NCBI RefSeq assembly: GCF_006345805.1
Contig: NW_021833249.1
Location: 45,661-109,660 of the forward strand
Length of the DNA stretch: 64,000 nucleotides
Reading direction: 5' to 3'
Origin: Octopus sinensis
Taxonomy: Eukaryota
This document shows, one piece after another, positions 38,458 to 50,883 of this stretch (the stretch's first letter is position 1; each line of letters opens with the position of its first letter). The notes beneath the pieces are model-generated. The model was not told the origin of the DNA. It saw only the letters and a list, made by a program, of their open reading frames with translations, and ran no database searches. The position numbers were made by a program, and so were the translations under genes.

Positions 38458-41400
38458 TAGTTTTATTTTTATAGCGTGCTTTCACTTCACTGTGTGCCTT
38501 GGGTATGTGCTGTCATTTGTTGTGATGCTCTGATGGTTATTGTATGGAAAGTGTTCTGCGTAGGATGTGTGCAGTGCCTAGTAGTGCAATTTTCTGTATG
38601 TTATATGTGTTTGTAAGTCCTGGTGTTTTTGTTATGTATTTGGCTGAATATTTTTTTATCATGCCTAATGCACCTACTATGATAGGAATTGTTTCTGTTT
38701 TCAGATTCCACATTCTAGTTACCTCTATTTCCAGGTCTTTGTATTTTGAGAGTTTCTCCATTTCTTTTAGAGACACGTTGTCATCAGCCGGTATTGATAC
38801 ATCAATTAGAAAGCATTTTTTTTTCTTCATGGTCTCTGACAACTATATCTGGTCTGTTGGCCTTAATTTCTCTATCTGTGTGTATCGGCATATCCCAGAG
38901 TATGGTTGCTTTCTCGTTTTCTGTGACCTTTTCTGGTGTGTGCCTATACCATCTTTTTTCTGTTGTTATTCCATAATGTTGGCATAGCTTCCAATGTATG
39001 TAGGTTCCAACTCTGTCATGTCTGTGAATATATTCCTTCTTAGCCAGGACTGGGCAGCTAGAGATAATATGATTTATTGTTTCTTGTCCATCTCCACATA
39101 TTCTGCAGTTACTTGTAATATTTCTTTTCATTACATGTTTTTGGTAATTTCTGGTGGGGAGGCTTTGGTCTTGTGCTGCAATTAAAAATCCCTCTGTTTC
39201 TGCTTTGAGTCCTGAGCTTCTCAACCATTGCTGGGATTTTTCTTTGTCTATTTCTTTTGCGTTTAGTTTAGTCCAGTATTTACCATGAAGGGGCTTTTCT
39301 TGCCATCGTTTTATCATGGTTCGTTGCTGTTCTATTTTTAGTTTGGATTTCATTTGTTTTATAGCTTTTGTTGTTTCTTCATCTTCTTCTTCTTCTTCGT
39401 GTTTATTTGGTGGTATGATTTCTTGTTTGTATTTGTCAGCTTCCTTAAATACTAAGAACAGTTTTTTGTTTTGCCGCTATCTGGATCAGTTTTCCTTCCT
39501 TCTGAAGTAGATATTTTTGCAGTCCTATGGTGGTTATTTTATAGTAGTTTTCCAGCTGTATAAGGCCTCTACCACCTTCTATACGTTGTATATATAGTCT
39601 TTCTATGTCAGATTTTGGGTGATGCATCCTAGATCCTGTCATTATTTTTCTTGTTTTCCTATCTATTTTGGTCAGTTCATTTCGTGTCCAGTTAAGGATA
39701 TTGTAGCTGTAACCTATAACTGGGACAGCTAAAGTGTTAATACCTATTATCTTGTTTTTAGCATTGAGCTCTGTGTTTAGTATTGATCTAACTCGTCTAT
39801 AATATTCTTTTTTATTTTCTCTTTCATTTGTGTGTGTTGTGTCTTATCTAGTTCATGGATTCCTAAGTATTTGTAAGTTTGGCTTTGGTCTAATTCTTTT
39901 ATTTCATTGGTTTTATCTAGTGTGATGTGTTTTACTCTTAACTAGTTTTCCTCTTTTCATGGTTACTTTGGCGCATTTTTCTAATCCAAATTTCATATCT
40001 ATTTCTTTGGTAAATCCATGAACTGTCTTTAATAGTGTTTCCAGCTGTTTGTCATTTGCAGCATATAGTTTTAGGTCATCCATATATAAAAGGTGGCTGA
40101 TCGTTTTGCCGTAACATTTATATCCGCATCCAGTTCTATTTAGCATATCAGATAGAGGTGACAGTGCCAAGCAGAAAAGGAGTGGAGAGAGCGTGTCTCC
40201 CTGGAATATTCCTCTTCTAATGGGGATGTCTTTGGTTTTCATGAGTCCCTATGAATTTTATGATTGTTGGTGCTACTTTGTTAATGGCTAGTGTTTCGAG
40301 GATCCATGTGTGGGGGATGCTATCAAACGCCTTTTTGTAGTCAATCCAGGCCATACTGAGGCCTTTCTTCTTTCTGTGGCTGTCTTCAGTTATGGCTTTA
40401 TTAATTATTAGTTGATCTTTACAGCCATATGAGCCTTTGCGGCATCCTTTCTGCTCTTCTGGGAACAGTTTGTTTTCGTCCAGGTGCTTGTTCAGCCTTT
40501 GTGATATCACTGCAGTAAATGCCTTGAACATAGTAGGGAGGCAGGTTATTGGTCTGTAGTTTTCTGGTTTCTGTTTCATTTGATTTGGGAATTAAGATGG
40601 TTTTCCCCTTCGTGAGCCATTCAGGCATTGTCTCTGGCTCTGCTAGTACGTTGTTAAAGTTTTCAGCCAGCTTTTTGTGCATTCCTGTTAGATATTTCAA
40701 CCAGAAGTTGGGGATCTTGTCATGCCCAGGTGCCTTCCAGTTGCTTAGTCTTTGCAGTGCCTGGGTGACCTCTTCAGTTGTTATGGGGGTCCAAAGTTGT
40801 TCAGATGCCGAGTTTGTTATTTTGATACTCCTTTTTTTTTTTTTTGGTGGTTCGTTCGCCGACCATATTTCTCTCCAGAATTCTTCCAATTCTTCTGCCG
40901 TTGGTGCTGCAGTGACTTCTATTTTATTTTTGCCCAGTTCTTGGTAGAACTTTTTGGGGTTGGAGTTGAACTTTTTGTTTTCTTCAAAGAAGCGTTGGCG
41001 TTTCTTGTACCGGCGGATCCTTTGTGGTTTGGCAAGGATATCTTGCTTCAGCTTTTCTTTTATTTCAGGCAAATCTTTCTCTGTGATGTTATATTTGCGG
41101 AGTATTTTTGTTCTCTTTTTGTTGCTCAGTAGCGTTGATTGTTTGTTGATTTCATTAAGAATCGACAGGTCTTTTCTAATTTTTTTTTATTTTGCTTTGG
41201 ATGTTATTTATCCACAGGGTTTGTTTGGGTGGTGGTACTCCTGTTTGGGCGGGTTTGGGTGAGTATCCAGCTTCTTTTGTGGCTGCAGTGGCTGCTGCGT
41301 ATATTAGGTTATTTAGTTCAGTGATATCACTTTTTTTTTTCAGTGGCTATCAGTTCAGTGACGGCTAGGTTTATGCTGTTTATAATAGGTGTTGTTATTT

Positions 41401-42517
41401 CGTTTATTTTGATTCTTGGGAGGTATGGTCGGTGGTCCATTTTGAGCTCTGTGGTTTTCAGTTCTTTGATTATTTTATTTTTTATATTATCATAATCATT
41501 AGGCTCCCCTCCGTTGTTTACATCGTGTTTGTTGGGAATGTTGCGTTTGTCTTCGTGTTTTACAGTTTCAGTGTTTATATTATTGGGCATTGTTGGTGTG
41601 GCTTCTATCTACATTTTCCTGGTGTATGTTTTCTTTTAGGTGTTCTATTTCTATTTCTGATATTTTTTTTGTGTTGAGAATGTATCTTCGTACGTTAGCT
41701 AATTTATTAGGGTTCATTGCTGTATCCAAGTCTATATCTCTATTATTTTCCTTCCATATTTTATATGTATGTGTTGTTGTATTTTCATTTTTTGGGTAGA
41801 GTATTGCTGTGAAGTATGCGTGTAAGATAGAAATGTATTCCTCACGTGTCCATTTACGTCTTTTGGGTTTTATTTCCGGGACATGAGGTACAACGTCCGG
41901 CCCATTATTTTGACGGTCGTCATTTTCGTAGGGTACCGGTCCGTTTATTTCTGTTGTCACATTAGTTCGCACGTGTAGTTTTTCGTACATTTTTTGTTGT
42001 AAGTTTAATGTACGTACCGCTCGATTGTTATTCTTGGGTTGAATAGTATCGGTGGCATTTAATTTCTTCGTAGTTCCTTTGTACATGGCGTTTGGCGTCG
42101 GGGATGATCGTGATGTTTCACGCATGTTTACATGTGTTGCGTTAGAGGTGGAGATGATATCGAGTCAAAATACATCATTTCGTTTCGAAAATAGTAATAA
42201 ATTTCAATTAGTATTACTTACTCGGATACAGTCCAATTCTTTGTTAGTAAAACTTTGGCTCCATAGGATGTCCTTGTTTTCGATGTTTGTGGATAGGTTT
42301 CGGAGCTCTGAATTTTCCTTCTTACATCTTAAACGTCCCCCGGTGTTCTCCTCTTAAATGTCCCCCGGTGTTCTCTCTTAAACGTCCCCCGGTGTTCTCT
42401 CTTAAACGTCCCCCGGTGTTCTCCTCTTAAACGTCCCCCGGTGTTCTCTCTTAAACGTCCTCTGGTGTTCTCTCTTAAACGTCCCCCGGTGTTCTCTCTT
42501 AAACGTCCCCCGGTGTT
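38402..42517 (-). mobile_element. Near full-length R4/Dong-type LINE (restriction-like endonuclease)
   Basis: N-terminal KRRKWTREEY; RT YRPITCLP, WIDYKKAFDS, GIFQGDTLSPLLF, YMDDLKLY; CRICG..ETINHIISSC; RPDIVV..IDVSIP..EKLSKY; (TAA)n at both ends. Confidence 0.92.
42329..42517. repeat. 24(25)-bp tandem repeat x ~8 at the LINE 5' end
   Basis: CTTAAACGTCCCCCGGTGTTCTCT repeated. Confidence 0.95.
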
Positions 42518-42524
42518 ATTATTA

Positions 42525-42588
<64 letters not shown>

Positions 42589-43054
42589 GAGTCAGAGAGA
42601 AGTGCATATCATCAAAGTGACACTGGGATACAAATATATGAAGCCCAGTATACCTATCATGACTACCCGTCTGATAAGGGTACACGAGGCATATGCATCA
42701 CAACCATATGTGCAAGACATGGTGATCTCATATCAAGATATACAGCGCATAACCCTGCAGGTAGGGGCCCAGTTAGGATTTTCTTCAGGTCGAGTAGCCC
42801 ATCCCGCTCAAAAAGTCTCTGAATAAGGGTTGTTTAAGGATGTTGAACAAAACACCCATGTTTCCAGAGGTGAATTATCAATACCACGAAGAATTCCTCT
42901 CAACATCTTGATATGAGATCACCATGTCTCGCACATATGGTTGTGTTACATGTGCCTGGTGTACCGTTATCAGACGGGTAGTCATGATGGGTATACTGGG
43001 CTTCGTATATTTTACCCCCGTGTCACTTTGATGGCATGCACTGCTCTCTCACTC
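42589..43054. mobile_element. 466-bp MITE with ~160-bp TIRs inserted in (TAA)n
   Basis: GAGTCAGAGAGAAGTGCATATCATCAAAGTGACA vs TGTCACTTTGATGGCATGCACTGCTCTCTCACTC; inverted match continues to CATGGTGATCTCATATCAAGAT. Confidence 0.85.
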
Positions 43055-43088
<34 letters not shown>

Positions 43089-45254
43089 GCAAACACATAG
43101 CTCACAATACCCATATTAATAGAACAAAAGACTCAAGCAACAAACTACACTGATGCAATACAATACGGAAAGAGTTTATACTTCCCAAGTAATAATAGAA
43201 AAAAACGCTTAACCCACTGCTGCAGGGCCGTGAATACTGTATTGATGACCAGCGCAGCACAGCCCATCCAAATGAGGAAAGACAGGCCCCTCCACGCTTG
43301 AAGCAAATCTGTCTAGAGAAGTGACAAGAATCACTCCTTGCCAGTAAGGTTAAAATAGATTTTTCATGCAAAATGCAAACTAGAAACACTGCATCGTCCG
43401 TCATGCAAATCACCAAGGGATGCGTCTCCAGAGAGGAACAAACCTGAGATCGAAAAATTGAAAACTGGAACAAACTCCTCTTAAAATTATCTTGAGGGAA
43501 ACCAGAACCGAGAAATCAACCCTGATACTCAAATAAAACAAACGTCGAAAGAACTACTAAAGATAGATGAACAACAGAGGAGTATAAGCAAGTCATGACA
43601 GCATTCTACACAGCACTGAACTAACTAGGACATAATAAAACTGAGTTGTGTTTCAATACCTGGAGAGAAATGATAGGGGATGACGTCTGTGGTTATATCC
43701 ATGCAAACAAATTAGCCATCTTACGCAGACATCATGCGTAATAACCGTCTAACACCAGCAGAATTAGAGACAATGAAAAATAATTACCACTACCATCCCA
43801 GAAAATTAAGCTGAAGCACATGGTGCAGGTACTGGGAATAATGAACAGGAAAACATACAGCCTATTGATAAAGACACACCCGAACATGATGTTGATGTAG
43901 GCAACATGCAGATGGCCTAACTGATAGTGAAGTAACAGGAAGTAGGAATGAACCTGAAACTGCAATGGTAGACTGAAGCCAATAGAGAGAAAATACCTGT
44001 GGCAAAAGAACAATATCTTGAGAGAGCTAGGCATTTCTAAACATCTAGAAATGAATGAGAGAGATCAACTACCAATGTTTCAGAACACCAGATCAAATCA
44101 CTGTACAATCAAAATATATGGCAGCTTCTCCTTGAAACTGAGACAGATTTAATCTAACTAAGCCATTTTTTTGGTACTTAACAGCTTTGCTGCCACAAAG
44201 AAAATAGGTGTCAAGATAGAGAAAAAAAGAAATAATATAAGATGAGGATGGCTAGAAAGATAATGCAAAACTACAATCTGATAAACGTGGAAGAAGTACT
44301 GAAAAAAATGAAAAGTATGAAAAAAAAATTTTGCAGACAATATACGATATTTAAAACTATTGCTAAGAAATTTTGCAGAGAGTTAGGGAAACAGTCAATC
44401 GAAGTAAAAGACCTGCCTGATATGATGAAGTAGTGATATAGAGGGACAGAAAGGAATTTAATAAGAAAGCTGAATGGGTAGGGAGAGAAGAAAGAATGTT
44501 TGAGATTGGAGAACAGAGATGGAACGATATTAGAATGCAGGGACTAACTCAAGCTCTGTCTAAAACTCGTAAGTGGGACATGATAAAATCTCAAAATTGT
44601 GGCTTAACAGCTTCTCATCATCACACTGTTTCTCTAGTATCATCAGAAACCCTGAAAATACTCCAAGCTGGTTAACATTATGGATAACATACCTACTCCC
44701 TAAAACGAGCGACACAAGAAACCCCCAAAACAAAAGGCTGATCACTTGTTTGACCACCATGTACAAAACATCCAATCTCACCGAAAGGATGTACCAATTT
44801 CTCGATGAAAACAACACGCTTCCCCATGAACAAAAAGGGTGCAAAAGACCAAGAATTAATTAACCGTATGATATTCGAAAATTGCTCATCCAAAAAACCA
44901 TCCTTAGTACAGCATGGATTGACTGTATACAAGATTCTACTTTCGTAAAAGGTTTCCTTCAGCACAAAATTGTTTCTCAACCACGAGAAAGGCTTGTAAT
45001 GTATCAGAGAACATCATAATTGACTGTGGAATATTCCAGGGTGATTCACTCTTCCCTCTTCTCTTCTGTCTTTTTCTCATCCCTTGTCCTATGAGCTGAA
45101 TAGAACAAATCATTGTTACAAATTGTCTGACAAGACCATCTCACACTTGCTCTACGTAGATGATCAGAAATTATATGTAAAAGACAAGAATAACTGCAAC
45201 AGTATAATCTTCAACGTCATCAATAACAACAATAATAGTGGTAATATTGTACTG

Positions 45255-45859
45255 TTCGAGGCGGCGAGCTGGCAGAAACATTAGCACACCGGGCGAAATG
45301 CTTAGCGGTGTTTCGTCTGCCGCTACGTTCTGAATTCAAATTCCGCCGAGGTCGACTTTGCCTTTCATCCTTTCGGGGTCGATATACGCACTGGGGTCGA
45401 TATAATCGACTTAATCCGTTTGTCTGTCCTTGTTTGTCCTCTCTGTGTTTAGCCCCTTGTGGGTAGTAAAGAAATTGGTATTTCGTCTGCCGTTACGTTT
45501 TGAGTTCAAATTCCGCTGAGGTCGACTTTGTCTTTCATCCTTCCGGGGTTGATAAATTAAGTACCAGTTACGCACTGGGGTCGATGTAATCGACTTAATC
45601 CGTTTGTCTGTACTTGTTTGTCCCCTCTATGTTTAGCCCCTTGTGGGCAATAAAGAAATAAGAAACGTTAGCACACCGGGCGAAATACTTAGCGGTAATT
45701 CGTCTATCTTTACGTTCTGAGTTCAAATTCCGCCGAGGTAGACTTTGCCTTTCATCCTTTCAGGGTCGATAGATTTAGTACCAGTTGCGTACTGGGGATT
45801 GATCTAATCGACTGTTCCCCTCCCCCAAAATTTCGGGCCTTGTGCCTTTAGTAGTAAAG
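45255..45859 (+). mobile_element. SINE multimer flanked by a 12-bp direct repeat
   Basis: Three GAGTTC/GAATTC-AAATTCCGC cores; AATATTGTACTG at 45243-45254 and 45860-45871. Confidence 0.8.
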
Positions 45860-45976
45860 AATATTGTACTGATCTTTAGTTTCATTGGGATTTTTGTTGG
45901 AGTTTCATTTCGGTTTTTAGTGTCGGTTGGTTAAGATTGGGTGTCTTTTTTTAAAATTCACACACACACACACAAC

Positions 45977-46091
<115 letters not shown>

Positions 46092-46241
46092 CTGTTTGTA
46101 CTGTTTGTACTGTTCACTAACAGATAGTGCCAAGAGTGGGGATGTGTTTGGCATATGCAAACACATACATATGAATGTGTAACATAAACGATAGTTTTTA
46201 TATCCAGTTGAAAATTGTCGTCTGTTACTCTCAGCCTTCCA

Positions 46242-46316
<75 letters not shown>

Positions 46317-46319
<3 letters not shown>

Positions 46320-46985
46320 GACCTGAGACAAACAAAACCAAAACAGAAAGAACAATTAAAAACCCTTCCCTACATCTCTACACACAACCCACTCAACAAT
46401 GAGGCCTTCAACACCATACTACAAAGCACAGCCCTACTAAAGGGAGACCCAAAGATGAACCGGATCCTCGAAACACACACCATCATTAAAAGTAAACGGC
46501 AACCAAAATCCTTGAAAAGGATTTTAACCCAAGCTACACTGCACTCAACATCAACCACAAAACCAGCAGTTAGAAAATGTGGAAGGCCCAACTGCGGAAT
46601 CTGTGTCATCTTGAAAGAAGGATTAGAATTTATACTGGAACAAGGCCACCAGTTCACCATTAGAACAAACTTCACCTGCGCATCAGAAAACTTAATTTAC
46701 GTCATAACATGCGCAGGCTGCAATAGGCAGTATATAGGCCATACAAAAAATAGCTTACGTAACAGAATGGCGGTGCATAAATCACAAATTAGAAACCCTG
46801 ATTACCGCAAAATACCGGTCAGCGGACACATAGATACATGTGCTGGAAATGTAAATCCGAAATTTACAACTAACCCGCTCTATAAATTCAGTGACAACGC
46901 AACCTTCACACAACGCCAAAATAAAGAACTATATTTCATAAAAAAATTTAGACCAAGTTTAAACACCCTGGGCCAAGAATACTAA
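46317..46985 (+). CDS. Penelope-like GIY-YIG endonuclease region, 5'-truncated, uninterrupted
   Basis: [59 protein letters not shown]. Confidence 0.92.
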
Positions 46986-47149
46986 AACAAAAGATAAGTC
47001 CTCCGAAAAGGAGAAGCAAAATTCCACCACGGCCGCTACTTTAAACAGACACTCGCTCTGACGGAAATATGCCTTAGTAAAAAAGGAAAAAAATTCTTTC
47101 GTGCAAATCTGACCCTGATACATACGATACAGCTAAGGGTCAGACCCGA

Positions 47150-47490
47150 TTCTGATTGGTCAACAAGTTGATGACGTCTAGCTCTGCTAGAATGGACAGG
47201 ATACAAACAGGGGACAGTCATTAGTCAGAATATTGATGACGTCCTTTTCTGCTTGACTAGTCACCTAACAAGTACAGACAGGGGGCAGATCTAATGTAGC
47301 TATAAGTCGTGATTGGGCAGAATCTGGATGACGTTCCGTTCTGCTTGACTAACGAAGCGACTGGTCAAAACAGGAAACAAACAAGAGGCAGTTATAATGC
47401 AGCGATTGGTCAAAATAATGATGACGTCTCGTTCTGCTTGACTAAAGCCACCTAACGAAACGATTGGTCAAAACGTTGATTATAAAACCG
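47150..47490 (+). promoter_or_regulatory. Repeated ATTGG + TGACGT(C) motif array followed by TATAAAA in the PLE 3' region
   Basis: TGACGT at 47172, 47237, 47329, 47422; ATTGG at 47155, 47312, 47405, 47463; TATAAAA at 47481. Confidence 0.4.
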
Positions 47491-47807
47491 AGCACTTCAC
47501 AAAACCCACTAGAACCACCCAGCGAACATCCACCATGGGTCATCACAATTGCTTAAGGTAAAAATGAATTCCTCGCTCTTTCGGAAACATCAATCTTCTG
47601 TATTGACCGCTTTCCACCACTTTGATCTGTTTCTTGTATTGAATACGTATCGCCACCGTGGGCCACTGCATCGAACACTTTGAACATATACTTCAAACTA
47701 TATATCAACTATACATGAACTATATATCAACTATACATGAACTCTAAGATGTCTGACTCCGTTGTGTATTATAAATGAATTTCTTGTGTTTGACGGCATG
47801 AGCTGTC

Positions 47808-47880
47808 TTTTTTTATATATAACTTTTTTTGATAAGGTTCATTTCAGGAACTGAAACATGTTATAATGTATATATAAAAA
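47808..47880 (+). ncRNA. Degenerate hammerhead ribozyme downstream of the PLE ORF
   Basis: TTGATAA-GGTTC-ATTTCAG-GAACT-GAAA-CATG-TT; outer stem TTTTTATATATA/TATATATAAAAA; two core substitutions. Confidence 0.45.
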
Positions 47881-47924
47881 TTAAAAATTGTATAATACAG
47901 CAGCATTTTCGAACTTCATTTTTT

Positions 47925-47982
<58 letters not shown>

Positions 47983-48380
47983 AGGCTGAGAGTAACAGAC
48001 GACAATTTTCAACTGGATATAAAAACTATCGTTTATGTTACACATTCATATGTATGTGTTTGCATATGCCAAACCACATCCCCACTCTTGGCACTATTTG
48101 TTAGTGAACAGTACAAACTGTGTGTAAAGTATATAATGTATTACTACGCTGGAATGTCGTCGTCCGTATAACAAGTAATGAAAATAAACACGTAAACAAT
48201 AACAATGGTTTTCATTTGGTTGTCGATCCCATTAGAACCCAACACACACATCACATGGTGGCAGCGGTAAATAAAGAAACGGAAACTGTGCCTTTACAAC
48301 AAATCTGAAACGCAACGAACCAGGAAATTAACAAACAAAACATCGCTTCGCCTTCGGACAACATAAACAACGAATCCAAG

Positions 48381-49304
48381 ATGGCGACCCCCGTCGCCGT
48401 ACAGATGAATCTGCATCCGATTATGAATTGGGATTCTGATGATATTTTGGAGGCATTTAAAAAGTTTAAACAGAAAACTCAACTAGCTTTCAAAAGTTTC
48501 CTGACAGGCACAACTGACGATGAGAAGGTAAGCTATATCCTTCTGTGGTCAGGTAATAAAGGAATAGACTTATTCAATAGCTGGGATATGTTAGAGTCCG
48601 ACTGCAATAACCCAGATACACTTCTTGAGAAATTTGAGAGGCACCTAGAGCCCAGGTCAAACCATAGAATTCACAGATACGAATTCCAGGGCCTGAAACA
48701 AGCCCCACAAGAAACAATTGACAATTTCCTGTCAAGACTGAAAAATGTTGCAGAGAAATGCAAATTCAAAGACAGGGAGGAGAGAATTGTAGACCAATTA
48801 ATATGGGGGTGTGCCCACATAGAAGTTCAGAAATCCCTCATAGGTAAGGACGCTCTCCAGTTGGCAGAAGCAGTAGACACTGCAAGAGCATTCGAGGCCA
48901 CTACCAAACAAATGGCCTCACTAAGCTTACAAACAAGCCCACTAGGTAGCAGTGTAGATACTGTATCTAGGCACAGGACACAAACCCACAAACAAAGAAC
49001 ATGCCGGTACTGTGGTACAGAGCATGAATTTAATAACCGGGAAAAATGTCCTGCATTCGGTACACACTGCAAAGGATGTGGAAAACTGAACCACTGGAAA
49101 AAAATGTGTAGGATAACGAAATCCCAGAGATACAAGCCCCAATTTTCAAAGAGGAGCAGAAATAGAAGAGATATACATGCACAACAACAGGAACAAAGCA
49201 CCTCAGAGGAGGAATTCTTGGCAATCGGCATAATAAATGTGCATGAGATGGGAAAGGACGACCGGAAGAAAGAAGATGAGGCATACACGACGATAAGAAT
49301 CTAA
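48381..49304 (+). CDS. Gag with two zinc-knuckle-type motifs; protease relic (KIDTGAQ) follows near 49345
   Basis: CRYCGTEH....CPAFGTHCKGCGKLNHWKKMC. Confidence 0.9.
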   Translation: MATPVAVQMNLHPIMNWDSDDILEAFKKFKQKTQLAFKSFLTGTTDDEKVSYILLWSGNKGIDLFNSWDMLESDCNNPDTLLEKFERHLEPRSNHRIHRYEFQGLKQAPQETIDNFLSRLKNVAEKCKFKDREERIVDQLIWGCAHIEVQKSLIGKDALQLAEAVDTARAFEATTKQMASLSLQTSPLGSSVDTVSRHRTQTHKQRTCRYCGTEHEFNNREKCPAFGTHCKGCGKLNHWKKMCRITKSQRYKPQFSKRSRNRRDIHAQQQEQSTSEEEFLAIGIINVHEMGKDDRKKEDEAYTTIRI

Positions 49305-50043
49305 AAGAAGGCCGGAAGGAAAAGAACAAACATAGACTTAAGGCTGAAGATAGACACTGGGGCCCAGAGTGATATCTTGCCTGTCAGCTTATACAAGATG
49401 TTCCCAGAAAATATGACAGAAGAGGATAGGGTCAGAAAAGGAATCCTCACACCAAGTGATGTGATTCCACAACTGGGGAAAACAACGATTAAGGGGACAC
49501 ACAAAAGGAAAACAATCGAGATTCATCTGTACGGCGACGGGGGTCGCCATCTTGGATTCGTTGTTTATGTTGTCCGAAGGCGAAGCGATGTTTTGTTTGT
49601 TAATTTCCTGGTTCGTTGCGTTTCAGATTTGTTGTAAAGGCACAGTTTCCGTTTCTTTATTTAAGCTATATGTCACAAGAACAGAAGGCCCATCAATTCT
49701 TGGACTCGATACCTGCAGGAGGTTAAATATTGTGTCGGTCAATGCTGAAGTGAAAGCAGCTCCAAGCAGGATTGACAGTGATATGCCTATCAAAGACCGA
49801 CCACCAATCACAAACAAAAAGGAGATGGAAGGACTAAGCAGAAAGGTCCACCACATTGTAAATGTGACAACCAATAAGCGCATGTACAAAGACATAGAAA
49901 AGACAGTTTCTACATGCCGCATCTGCCAAAAGTACAAAACCTCACAACAAAAGGAGGAAATGATATCTAGTGACATCCCAAGAAGGCCATGGCAAACTAT
50001 TGGAGTAGATCTATTCACAGAGGGCCAAGAATAGTATTTAATA

Positions 50044-50883
50044 ATGGCCTGCTACTACTCCAAATTTCCATTTGTGAGAAAAGTGAAAGACCTGACAGCC
50101 AAAACAATCACTACAGTGGCTCGAGGGCTCCTAGCAGAGCAAGGAATACCAGAGCAGATCATATGTGACAAGGGAACCCAGTTCACATCACAAGAATTCA
50201 AAAAGCTAGCCGATGAGTATGGGTTCAATATTACAACTTCATCTCCACACTATCCCAAAGGCCATGGGTTTATAGAAAGACAGGTGCAGACAGTGAAGAG
50301 AACACTAGTCAAATGCCGAGAGACTAAGGAAGACCCACACCTGGCACTTCTGTCCCTACGAACGACACCACTGAGAGCTGATATGAAATCCCCAGCAGAA
50401 TTGCTGAATGGCAGAAAGTATAAAACTACCCTGCCAACTAAGATCCAACCTCCTATTGACCAGGAAGAGACAAGGGCAAAACTAGCAGCCACTCAAGAAC
50501 AATCACAGAGGTATTACAACAAGCATGCACAATATTTACCTGAGATGCTTGGAGGACAACATGTGCATACTCAAGATCCCATAACTAAAACATGGATCCC
50601 AGCACAGGTTGTCAGTGGAGCTGAAACTCCAAGATCGTATATAATAGAAACAGAATCTGGTAGGCAGCTGAGACGCAACAGGGCCCACATCCGCCTAACA
50701 CCAGAGCTGCCGAGGAAAACGTGTACAACACCTGCTGCATTGGTGACAACACCCACAGAATCATCACCCCAACGTGTACCAACCACATATCAGCAGCCCA
50801 ACAACACATCTCAGACACCGGTGCGAAGCACAAGATCCACCAGATGGAGAAAGAACATTCTGCCACCGGTTCGATACCGTTAA
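50044..50883 (+). CDS. Gypsy integrase core and C-terminus
   Basis: GIPEQIICDKGTQF, SSPHYPKGHGFIERQV, SPAELLNGR; CRIC and PWQTIGVDLF just upstream. Confidence 0.92.
   Translation: MACYYSKFPFVRKVKDLTAKTITTVARGLLAEQGIPEQIICDKGTQFTSQEFKKLADEYGFNITTSSPHYPKGHGFIERQVQTVKRTLVKCRETKEDPHLALLSLRTTPLRADMKSPAELLNGRKYKTTLPTKIQPPIDQEETRAKLAATQEQSQRYYNKHAQYLPEMLGGQHVHTQDPITKTWIPAQVVSGAETPRSYIIETESGRQLRRNRAHIRLTPELPRKTCTTPAALVTTPTESSPQRVPTTYQQPNNTSQTPVRSTRSTRWRKNILPPVRYR

Noticed and set aside
42329-42517. 24-bp repeat array as a possible CRISPR
   Set aside because: No spacers, no cas genes, eukaryotic context; it is a tandem repeat at a LINE 5' end
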